Shown piece after piece: positions 46,301-56,792 of a stretch of 64,000 bases of DNA (the stretch's first letter is position 1; each line of letters opens with the position of its first letter). The DNA comes from Amoebophrya sp. A120 (Eukaryota > Protista > Dinoflagellata). Location of the stretch: positions 11,686,177 to 11,750,176 of the forward strand of contig CAJINV010000004.1 in the NCBI GenBank assembly GCA_905178155.1. Direction: 5' to 3'. The notes below the pieces were generated by a model. The model had not been told where the DNA came from and did no database searches. It was given only the letters and a program-made list of their open reading frames with translations. Position numbers and translations under genes: made by a program.

Positions 46301-48665
46301 GTTCGGCCACGGTGATTTTCTCCGTGATGGTTTTGTTCGAGTCGAAAAGCTATCCTGTGCAAAAGTATCGTATTCGTATAAATGCAAGGCTTGCAATCTC
46401 TCACTCTCTTAAGGCAAATCAGCATTACACATTTTATTTGTCATGCTTAACAGACTGCGCAGCTAAAGCCCGGGGGGGTGCGGGGTCCGAGGGGTGCACT
46501 AGGCACTGCCCGGAACACCCGAACATGCCCCGCGACCGGCACAGGACCAGCAACACAACTAGTAATCGTCGATCACAGTTTGTCGATCACGACGTAGCTG
46601 AGAAGCCGTCCATACGCCTGGCGCCCCAAGCCCAACCCAACCCCCGAGGAAACGCCTCGACCACAGGAGGACCAAAACAAGTGAGCTTACGGCACAATGA
46701 ACTGGGAGCGCCTGTCTATGGACCGGATGAGGAAGGCCCCGGAAGACCCATTTTATTTGTCATGCTGAGAAAATTTGTAATGCATTTATACGAGTACGAT
46801 ACTTTTGCAGTTCATAAAAGCACAACCGTCCGAAAAATGTCGGGCTCGTCTGCGACTGTTCTTCTTGGGGGCTCGGAGCAGGACGGAATTGCTTTTCTTG
46901 CGCTGGGACGAGCTTCGATGTGCGGTGTGAACTGGTTTAATATTGCAGGTCGTGTACTAGTAGTACTCGCAGACTTATTGTTCTCATCAGTTGCAGCTGC
47001 GCCTGTGCCTGTACGACACGCGCTCGTGCTTACAGCAGGCTCGTTGTTTTCTTCCTTCCGGAAGAAGCCTTCTGACGCCTTCTTCGTCTGAATAGGCGCA
47101 GCAGCAGCTCCGAGCACAGTTGCTACATCCCCTTGATGGTTTTCTCCAGTTCGGCCACGGCAGTGCTTCTCCAGTTCGGCCACGGTGATTTTCTCCGTGA
47201 TGGTTTTGTTAGAATCGATATCAAATGCAAAAATGTCTGGGTCTGGAAGAATGCAACTTGTGATGCTGCGTTTCGATGACTAAAAAATTTGTGTTGCATG
47301 AGCAGCAAACAGAGTCTAATTTTTGCTACGCGGAGGGGGCATTTGTCATGCGGAATGGGCATCAAGAATCCCTCAAAAAACCTGTGATGCTAGGGCATGC
47401 ATTACAGGCATCATTGGTCATGAGAAATATGCATGACAAATCTTGCATTCTTCCAGACCCAGACATTTTTACAATCCATAATCGAAAAGCACAACTGTCC
47501 GAAAAATGTCGGGCTCGTCTGCGACTGTTCTTCTTGGGGGCTCGGAGGACGGAACTGCTTTCGCGCTGGGGCGAGTTTCGATGTGTTGCGGTGTAAATTG
47601 GTTTGTTGCAGCAGGTCGTGTACTAGCACTAGCAGATTTATTGTTTTCATCAGTTGCAGCTGCGCCTGTACGACATTCGCTCGTGCCTACAGCAGGTCGT
47701 TGTTTCACTGCAGGCCACTCGTTGTTTGCTTCCTTCCGGATGAAGCCTTCTGGCGCTTTCTTCGTCTGAACAGGGGCAGCAGCAGCTCCGAGCGCAGTTG
47801 CTACATCCCCCTGAAGCACTTTCGTCTTCACAGCGTCGTGCTTCTTTTCATTTTTCCAGGTTTCCGCGCGCGCCTGCAGTAGCCCGAGAACAGTTTTTTC
47901 TGGTTTTCTTGGGGCGACATTGGTGGTCCGTCCATTGGGATTCGTGGCCCTTGCCGCTGCCTGCATGAGCCTCTCCGCGGTTGCCAACGCATTTTTGCTG
48001 CTTGTTGGATTGGATGAAGTTGCGGCTGCATCAGCATTGGTGGTCGCTGCAAATTCAAATTGATTATGGGCTTCCTCTGGGAGAAGGAGAACTCTACTAC
48101 TTCGAGCCGGAAGACCCGGGGTCTTGGAAGTGCGGTCTTCTTGCAAAATTGCAACTGGCTGTGGATGCGCATGCGCGTCATGATCGAGGGAATAACAATC
48201 CAGCGGCGCGATATCGCTCTTCCGAAGGAGCGAAGGGGGCGGAGAGGACGATGACGAGAGCTCGATAAGACTGATATCGTGTTCGTTTTTCTTCCTATTT
48301 TTGTTTTTGCTGCCAACATCCTCCTGCGACCACTGAGCTCCTGCTTCAGAAGATTGCGTTCGAAACTGCTGGCGTCCCCTGTTTTCAGGCGGTTCCGGAG
48401 CCGCGGGTGGACGAGCTGGCGGGTCATAATTGGGCTGTGAGGACGAGGAGACAAAGATAACGCTCTCGTCGAGGCTACTGTCGAGGTGCACAACTTCTAC
48501 AGCGGGCTTTTCTGCTTTTTCATGTTCGTTCGCGGCGTCCGCGACCGGGTCTCCGTCCTCCTTAATGTTACTCTGTGCAGGTGTACAAGCTCGGTCTGCT
48601 TCTGAGTCAGAAAATTCCTGAGTCGAGATGCGTCGCCGCTTCAGGTCCGGTGTTGAGGAAGGCAT
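43389..48665 (-). CDS. AlkB-family (ALKBH2/3-like) 2OG-Fe(II) dioxygenase with C-terminal GRF zinc finger; six introners
   Basis: CVCNYY...LGAHSD (HxD), LPHNSLLVM...WRHEV, RLSFTFR; GRF finger PNCHCGK/RAML...NLGRYFWSC...CEFFKW appears only after introner removal. Confidence 0.88.
43972..44246. mobile_element. Introner family A
   Basis: Family A TIRs; TSD acgta. Confidence 0.9.
44339..44606. mobile_element. Introner family A
   Basis: Family A TIRs; TSD tcccc; interior nearly identical to 20662-20929. Confidence 0.92.
44713..44974. mobile_element. Introner family A
   Basis: Family A TIRs; TSD cgctt; splits the GRF finger. Confidence 0.92.
46016..46276. mobile_element. Introner family A (opposite orientation to 20662/44339)
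   Basis: Family A TIRs; TSD ggttc. Confidence 0.92.
46351..46816. mobile_element. Introner family B enlarged by a nested insertion
   Basis: Family B TIRs; TSD aaagc; 466 bp versus 138-153 bp for intact siblings. Confidence 0.9.
46448..46748. mobile_element. 301-bp insertion with 18-bp TSD (probable SINE or truncated non-LTR retroelement)
   Basis: cattttatttgtcatgct repeated at 46430-46447 and 46749-46766; GC-richer than the host element. Confidence 0.7.
47219..47480. mobile_element. Introner family A
   Basis: Family A TIRs; TSD atcga. Confidence 0.92.
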
Positions 48666-49171
48666 TTTTTCTATCAAAACTCGCACGCGAGGTCGAGGAC
48701 ACAGGCAATAAGGCAGAAGAAGAAGTCCACCGAGAGCGCATACTTAGAAATAGAAAACCTTCACGAAGAACGTACGCAGCTATTGAAGTCACTTTTTCGA
48801 CATTTTTGTTTCAATACTTAAATAATATGCGCTGTCGTACTCATCAGATTGATACGATCAAGAAACGAAATAGTTGCGACTACAAGCACGAGGCAGGACG
48901 GGACGAACAAAAAACGATGATATCTTGTCAACGATCGAGCGCAGTTTGTTACTGTCGACCGTCAATCGGACCTCGTGCTAAGGTATCGCACTCGCAAAGT
49001 CCCATGTTTCGTTGCGGTAGTTTCCGTTTCGTCCCCCCGAGCGAACACATGCTCATGCAGTCGTAGTTTTGAAGCACGCAGGACGGGCTTCACTGTGTGA
49101 AAGAGATTTTAAGTATATTGATTCGTGTTTGTCGCTTACATTCGGTCAAAAAACTACTTCTTCAAACTGTG

Positions 49172-50632
49172 TCAGTCGCTATCCGACAGCCGTGTTCTTT
49201 TGTTTGTGGCTCGTCCCTTCTTTATGATTCCCGCACCCGTAGAAGTAGTACCCTCGGTTGTAGCACCGCCGACTTTGTTTCTCCTGCTGCTGAAGGAGAA
49301 GCCGCCGCCCGTCAGGCTCGCCGCCGTTGCGCCACCGACCATTTTCAGGTCTTCGCGGTTGAAAATACCTTGGTTCTTTGCCTCGTCCTTCATGGCAGCC
49401 ACCTTGTCCAGTGCGGATGTCACGCCCTTCAAACCAAGGTCCTGAATCCCCGCAAGCTCGTCGGTGCCGAGTTTAACTGTTGTTTTGTCGTTATCAGTAT
49501 ACTTACATTGGAAGGATGTTTCTATATTTGCATGAAGATGAAGTTGAAGACTCGATGGTGCCGTTTTTCATTTTCTGAAGGGCCGCTAGACAAGCTCAAC
49601 TCATTCAGCTTCGCCGGGGTAATGCCCAGCACTATCCAAGCTTGCATCTGGTGGACGATTTCTTCAGAAATGGCTTTGCATTCGAAAAAACAAAGAAAAA
49701 ATCGTAGCGAACCAGCAAAACAACAGAGTAAACTTTATACTCTTCGCCACTTTTTCCATTTCCCTCGCTTCTTGTATTTCTTTCAACTTTTTTTCCCTAA
49801 TCTCGTCTTCCTCTATCTGCTTTCTGGACTTTTTTTTCGCGAACTTGCTGTCCTTTTCCTCGACGAATTCCCAGCCATCCGGCACCCCGGGGAGCTTCGC
49901 CGTGACCACCTCCGGCTTTTCCCAGGACGTGTCGCCCGTTTGCGTGTTGTAGTAGTAGCCGCCTGCTTCCGTTTTGGTGTCCAAGATCTGCACCCACAAC
50001 AGCGGCTTCGCGACGTCCAAATCGCTCTCCATCAGCCCTTTCGGCAAGTCCCACTGGCGGTCCTGCGTCTTGCGGTTGAAGTAGTAGATCCGTTCCTCTT
50101 CCGGGTCCACGCACACCGCCCACTCGGCGAGCAGCTTCTGCCTCAGCTCCGCGTGCTTTCTCCGGATCGAGTCGTGCAGCAACTGGTTCTCCGCGGCGAC
50201 GTTTTGCTTCTGCAGCTGCTGGATCTTGTTCGCCGAAGTAGAGGAGCTGCTGGAGGAACCGCCTTTGCCGCTGCCCTTATTGTTGAAATGATTTTGCGGT
50301 CTGCTCCGGTTGCCGACCAACGTGGTTTCGAACTCCTTCTCGAGTTCCTCGCGGCCCCACTTGGGCACCATGGGCTTGTCGTCGTCCGCGGGTTCGCAGA
50401 TGCCCATCGCCCGATTGGCGTCGCGCTCCATCTGCGCGAGGATCTTCTTGGCTTCCTTCTCTTCCTTCTCCTTCTCCCGCTGCTCCTCCTGCTTCTCTTT
50501 CAGCATCTTCCGCTCGTTTTCCAGGTGCCATTTTGACTTGTTGTGCGTGTTGATGTTCCGCTGGTGCCCGCTGATCCAGATCTTGCAGATCTTGCAGTAG
50601 TGCTTCGCCGTCGACACCCAGTACTCCGTCAT
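49172..50632 (-). CDS. WBP4: WW domain-binding protein 4 / FBP21-like spliceosomal protein
   Basis: MTEYWVSTAKHYCKICKIWI...H...WH matrin/U1C zinc finger; two WW domains (IYYFNRKTQDRQWDLP, YYYNTQTGDTSWEKP); 3' exons approximate. Confidence 0.8.
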
Positions 50633-51427
50633 TTTGTTTTTGGTGGCCTAGCAAAGTCGCTGCGAGGTTGCTGAGCTAAGTGATATGTAACTTTGGGTCG
50701 AGAGACTGCTGCAGGTGGTCTAGATCTGTTTGACTTTATTTTTGTGCCGAACTAAAATAAAGAGCAGCGGTAGTTAATATCAAAGAAGCAAACTTTATTT
50801 CTCTATTGACGATTTGCTTACCGCGGGCGCGGAGCGATAACCATAACGGGGGTGAGCTGATGAACTAAATCGAAATATGTCGCTGGAAATGAGGGCTTAA
50901 TTCAGTAAAGCAAATCAGAAAATAATGGTCAATACACAAAGAAAGCCAACGCTGCAGCGGGGCACACTCAGATCCCTATTCAGCGATTTGCATTTGAACG
51001 ACAACGATCCACAATGCACCGGCTACTTTTTACATTTGCAGCGCTGTGGCATTTTGTGCCAGGCATTTCGATCTTTTCACTCAGTATGGAAACACTTGAC
51101 TTCATCTCATTCCGATCTCCCTTGTTGTGAGGTCGTGTCTGTGTGTATCTACTTATATTCACACTTTTTCTTTACCTTTATGCGTAGGAGAATACGCAAA
51201 TAAACAGGCACAGCACCGAGCTCGAAAAAAGAGAGTATACTCTTCGAGTCGGCGCCCAACACAATGCTGATCTTCACAATCGTCTCCATCGGCATTTCAT
51301 CATCAATCCCAAAGAAACGCGGACTCACTACCTAATCGTCTTTCTGGGTGTGCTTTGGCTTTACTCGAAACAATATCAGTGTTAAATTATCTGTGTAGAA
51401 AACCGGTAGCGCAAAATAGCACCATGA

Positions 51428-54400
51428 TCAGTTTCCTTTCTTTCCCCCGCCTTTCTTTCCCGCCACAGTGCTACCATCTGCATTGCCACCACCGACCTGA
51501 TTTGCTGTGTCACTCCCTCCCCCCGCGGCGGCAGTACTGCTAGTTCCAGCCTGGTCAGCACTCCCGTGATTTCCACCCTGTTCTTGCCGCTCTTCCTCAT
51601 CCCCGGCACCAGCCCTTTCTCCTCTTTGCACCGCCACCGCCGCGGGCGGCGCTGGGCCCCTCGGCGCCGGAGCGTAGGGCCGCCTCTCGTCCCGCGCGTT
51701 TCTGGCATCGAAGTAGTGGCGGCCGTGCTCCAGCAGCAACAGGTCGTCCTCGTCCAGGTCGTCGGGGTCGTCAGCTTCCGAAGACTCGGACTCCGTGGAG
51801 TATTCCCGCAGTGCGCCGTGCACCCCGAAGGTCCGCACCGGCGGCCCGATCTCCGGCCCGCCGATCACGATGCTGCCGTACCGGTCCCGACGCGCGCATA
51901 TCCGGTTTTGCTGCAGCAACTCTTGCTCCAGCTGGTTTCCTCGGCCGCGGTGAAGCTCCATAGTACGACCCCCGCCCGGACCTCCGGCGCGTGCGGGTCC
52001 GAAAACCGCGAGGTTGCCTCCACGGTTGGCGGGGGACGGCGAGTCGTTGTCGAAATAGTCGTCGTCCGCCCGTTCCCGATCCCGGACGTTTCCAAAACCG
52101 GGCGCCGGTGCTGAGGTTCTTCCAGCTGTAGAAGTACCTGTGCCGGGTCTGCTGTTGTTCCGACCGCTCTCATCTTGCGCGTTGTTTTGCGCTGGACGAG
52201 GTCCACCTCCAGAAGAAGACGAGGAGGAGGAAGACGAGGATCCGCTCAAACCACGACTGCCTGTTGCCGTAGTTCCCCCGCCTGGGTTGAGCCACAGCGG
52301 CCCGACAAAGTCGTAATTCTCGTCATTTTCAATATCGCGAAAAGAAGAACTGGCCCCTACGAGGACGTCTCCTCGGTGGTTGTAGTCCTCTCTACTTCTG
52401 TTCTCGCGAGACACCTCCGCCTTCTGGCGCTTCAGATTCCTCGCGATAATGTCGTATTGCCGGTCCGCGTCGAGACAGCGCGACGGGTCGCGGTGCAGCG
52501 GGTAGGCCCAGTCCCACCGGCACATGTTCAGAATGTAGAACACCACGTCGATCGGAAGGTCGCGGAACTGCAACTTGTAGGGCTTGCTGGACGCCGCCGG
52601 CGTTCTTGCCGTCTCGGCAGGGGTCCTGGGTGATGTAGGTACAATTGCGGTCGTCGGCACAGCGGCAGTTGATGTCGCTGTGGAACTACTTTCGGCTAAG
52701 GTCGTTACTTTCGCGGGAGAGTCAATGCTCATCTCTTCTGACTTTTCATTTTTGTCGCCTTTAATATTCGAAGGCTCCTTCACGTTCACCACAGCAGGTG
52801 ATGTCATAATTTGATGATCAACATGATTCCCGTTCACCATGTCCACATCTCGTTCCAAATTGAAAGCGTCCGCCGAGGGCGACCGCTTCTGCTTCTTCAT
52901 CGAGGGACCGGTACCTTCATTTTCTCCTGTAGGAGCAGAAGGATGACCATCCGCACTGCCAACATTTTCCTCATTTTCATCTGCACACATAATATTATTT
53001 GAGGATGTCGCCTTTCGTCTACTACCACTCCCTGGTGATAGAGAACTGCCTCCACGAGCGGTAGACGTGACTACCACCGCGTTGCCGATGTCTTTGTCTG
53101 GGTCAGAACGGTGAATACAGAGGAGATTGAGGACCAGTCTTCGAAAAGCCCGCGGGAATTTTTTATGTGTCGCCGCGATCGGGTTCCACAGCAGGTACCG
53201 GATCCCATACTGGATTTTCCCCACGAATTCCCGATGCGGCCGCCACGCGTTGCCGTAGCCCCAAAAACCGTTCTGACTGAAGGGGGTCACGGACGTGTGC
53301 GCCATGCCGGGAAGAACGCGGATATGCATGTTCTCCATCGTTACCTGGAAGAGAGAAGGGCAGGGTGGAGACTGTCTTGGAGTTGGACTACAACAACTTT
53401 TCGTGCATGTGCATAACGTTAACCTCAGCACAAGAAGGAGGTGCATGACTTCTGAATTATGCGATGATCATGAAGTAGAATTCACATGAAAACACCGTAC
53501 CTGATGCCGTTGGTTGTTGTACACAATCGAGTCTGGCGTTCCACCGCCCCTCCCGTTCCACACCCACAAGGGCCTGTTCCTGCCCAGTAGCTCCTCCGCC
53601 TCCCGCCCCGACGCGCGCGGGTCTGGGCCGGAGCTGTGTACGTAGAGACCCACCGTCTCGCCGACAGGGAGCCGGTAAGCCTGCTTCTTTGGTTTCGGAA
53701 CCACTTCCTCGATGTCGTCAAACAGGTTTGAGGATGTGGTGGGATTCGCACCCGAGGTCGTGCTGGTTGACGCTGCAGCAGCACCCCCTCCAGTCGTGCC
53801 TGAGGCTCCGCCTGAAGCGTTACCGGTATTGTTGTTTCCACCTCCTCGCGTGTTGCCGATTTCCATGTCATCGTCTTCGTCGTCAAACTGCTCGAAAAAA
53901 TGTGCTCTCGCCGCCCTCGCGTTCCCCTGCGAGTTGTTGTTCGACTTCCGCTCTTTTTCCGACAAGCAAAAGGATTCCGACATTTCTTTCGTGATCGAGT
54001 TCGGATCTTGTAACTCCAAGTAATGAAACTTCGTCGGACTGGGTCCGTGCGTGCCGACGTGCACCAGAGTCCATAAAGGGTGTTGCACCGCGGGCGGATT
54101 GCCGTTTCGGGTTGTGCGCCGGATGCCCCCGCTGAAAAAGTTGCCGAACTCGTTCCGATTTTGATCTTGCAGCTCCGGGTCATGCTCCGCCTCGCCGCCA
54201 TCTCGAGGATGTTCCTGCCCGCTGTGAAGCAGAGGCAACTCGTGTTTTCCCTGGTGGGTGTCTTTGGTCAGGAAGATTTTCATCTTCCCCAAGGTGCCGC
54301 GGACCGCGATGGACTCGATCTCGATGTACTCCACCGGGATGTGGGTGTGGCGGCTGTGGAGATCGAACATGATGCCGCAAAACGTGTGGTCCTCGTTGTC

Positions 54401-54547
54401 GGGCGTGACACAGTCGTAGGTTTCGGTGGTCGTGTAGGTAGCGACCTTTTTGCGCTGGAGGGACTGGGGGAGAAAGGGATCCTCGTCGCTGTTGAATTCC
54501 TCATCCGAGGCGGGGAACGGGTTGAAATCCGAAAGAGAAGACATCAT
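51428..54547 (-). CDS. Hypothetical protein (2 exons; GT-AG intron 53345-53500)
   Basis: 361-aa and 672-aa ORFs join as NQRHQ/VTMENM; globular-looking blocks DHTFCGIMF, REFVGKIQYG and LPIDVVFYILNMCRWDW separated by low-complexity linkers. Confidence 0.75.
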
Positions 54548-55153
54548 GGTCAATTATAGGTTAATTATGCGTAGTTTATTTGGGTCCTCAACTATCTCCA
54601 ACAAAGAGATGAAAGAATGCTAGGTTACAAGGTCGTGGCCATTTATTTTAAGTAGGTCCAAGCTTTTGTACTTGTTCCATTGCGATGGAAAAATACCACT
54701 CTAGTCTGATTAGTCTGTCGTTGCTTGTTCGCGTTTTCGGACTGATTTGTCAGGTGCTGGCGCAGCTGCATTTCTATCTTGTTCTTGAGGAGGCTGTTTT
54801 TGAAAAATGGGAATACGAACAAGGAGGCTTAGTATAGATCATGTGTAGGATAGAGCTTCGTCGAACATCCAAAAGTTTCAATCATTCAAAAACAAAGCAA
54901 CCGAAAAACAACACCGATTGCGCTGTGACTTTTGACATAGTGTGCCTTTTGCTCTCACCTTCTTTTATTCTGTGCTTTAAACCGGAACAGGAGATCGAGA
55001 TGCTCGGGGCTGTCGTAGCAATGAGCATGAAGTCGCTCATGTTCATCTGCTATCGGAGCGGAAATCTTTTAGAATTAGAGCAGATGATAAGTTAAAACAC
55101 CCCGCGCATGTGGAAAAATGAGAAATATTAAATATTCATGGCTCCAACTGTTT

Positions 55154-56148
55154 TCAGTTCGCCTTGTCTCTTCTAATCTTGTTGATCTGGTCTCGGAAGT
55201 CTTCCGCCGCTGCTTTCTGGTCACTCGCTTTGGAGATGCCGCGAGAAATTGGAATGATCATTCCCGTCCCGTTTCGATTCAGACCAGCTTCCAACGCCTC
55301 TTTTAGCGGCCCGCCCTGCGCACCGATGCCCGGACTCAGGAACCAAAGACTTGGGTAGTTTTTTCGGATCTTCGCGAGCGCGTCAACCTGATGCAGAATC
55401 ATGGAGCAAAAACTACGATTTTTTTCGCACATTTCTCTAGTACATTCAGCTTGCTTCGTCCACAGACATCAATATTTTCCACATTGATCCGTGCTGAATC
55501 TAAAAACTCGCAAATTCAGTATACGTCCGTCGCCCCCACTACGACGCCGATGTTCCCGAATTCCTTTCCCCACTTTTCGGCACACAACCTGGCCACCTGC
55601 ATGTACAAGGGAATGCTGCCGGACTGCGGACCCTCCGGCCCCGCGCCGATCGTGATTTCCACTTCCAGCGTCTGCAAATCGTCGCTTCCCGGATTGCTGG
55701 TCTTGCACAGCACAAACGCGGACTTCTCCCTCGAATCCGTGAACGGCGCGACCCCGTCCCCGCCCAGATAGGGGGATATCGTCAGTGCTTCGCCGACCAG
55801 AAAGTTCCCCTTGGCGTACGCCGCACTGGTGCTGCCGATGTCCCCGCGCTTGCAGTCGAAAATGATCGGGATTTGCAGCTGGTTAATTTTCTCCGCGACT
55901 TTTTCCAACTGCTCCCAGCCCTTGCTGCCAAACTGCTCGAAAAAGGCCGCGTTGGGCTTGTAGCAGCAGGCGACGTGAGACGTGTTGTCGATCAGGTTCA
56001 CACAGAACTCGTACGCTTTTTCGGCGGAGGGATCGTCCCCGAGCTCTCCCACGTGGGGATCGAGGCCGACGCAGAGGAGAGAGTCGACGGCCGCGATTCT
56101 CGCTTCCAACTTTTGGAAAAACGTGGAGGAAGCAGACGCGGAGGCCAT
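55154..56148 (-). CDS. pyrF: Orotidine 5'-phosphate decarboxylase (type 2 / PyrF subfamily); GT-AG intron 55388-55524
   Basis: LCVGLDP, YKPNAAFF, catalytic DCKRGDIGST, LCKTSNP, GVVVGAT, LSPGIGAQGG, ISRGI. Confidence 0.95.
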
Positions 56149-56792
56149 GATGTTTGTTTTCTGAGACTGCGATGTCGCTTCTCTTGGTTTTTACACTCGT
56201 GTGTCGGTTTTTGCGTTCTTTACTTACATCATGCCTAACAGGAGTGATTTCCGTGCAAAGTTTGAGTGAGAATCAAGGTGTACTCGAAGAGTTTCTGATT
56301 TGAACTGTGCATGAGCGGATACATACGCCCCTACTAATTGTAAAACACTACTCTACAACCGATCATCTACTCAATCCGAACACACCATGCCAGCAGATGA
56401 CGAGCTGCAGATAAGCGACCCAAGAACGAGACCGCGTGTGTTCATGTTTATGTTTTTTCTTTTCGACGTTACAACATGTGTACTCTTGGGATGAAGAGAA
56501 TCATGTGTCGCTGTGAAGAAGAACAAGAAATGATCTGGTTTCATGTGATTGGGGTCGCTTCAAGAAAAAAAACTCGTCGCCGTCGTTGTCGCTTTCGAGC
56601 TCGCTAGATTGCATGCTTGACATGCCACTCCACCTTCCTGCTTCGTTCACATGCGCGGAGGCGGAGAGAATCGGCCAAGCTCCATGCTCGAAGGCCGGGA
56701 CCCGCCCTGTAGTTGATATAACAGATTTCAGATTTGCATTTGTCATGCAGATATCTTCTCAAAATGAGAATTACAGTTGTACGCAGCCTCGA

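Noticed and set aside
5214-47480. Tc1/mariner-type TA target duplication for the introners
   Set aside because: The terminal TA is part of the inverted repeat; the real direct repeat is the 5 bp outside it
113-47596. Recurrent peptides FQTQTFLHLI, CKNVWVWKN, LPDPDIF and SNVKMSGSG in many short ORFs
   Set aside because: They are different reading frames of the family A TIR, not a protein motif
49097-50536. Long plus-strand ORFs (479 aa here; also 21001-22251 and 1602-2660)
   Set aside because: Antisense shadows of GC3-rich minus-strand genes with no recognisable domains
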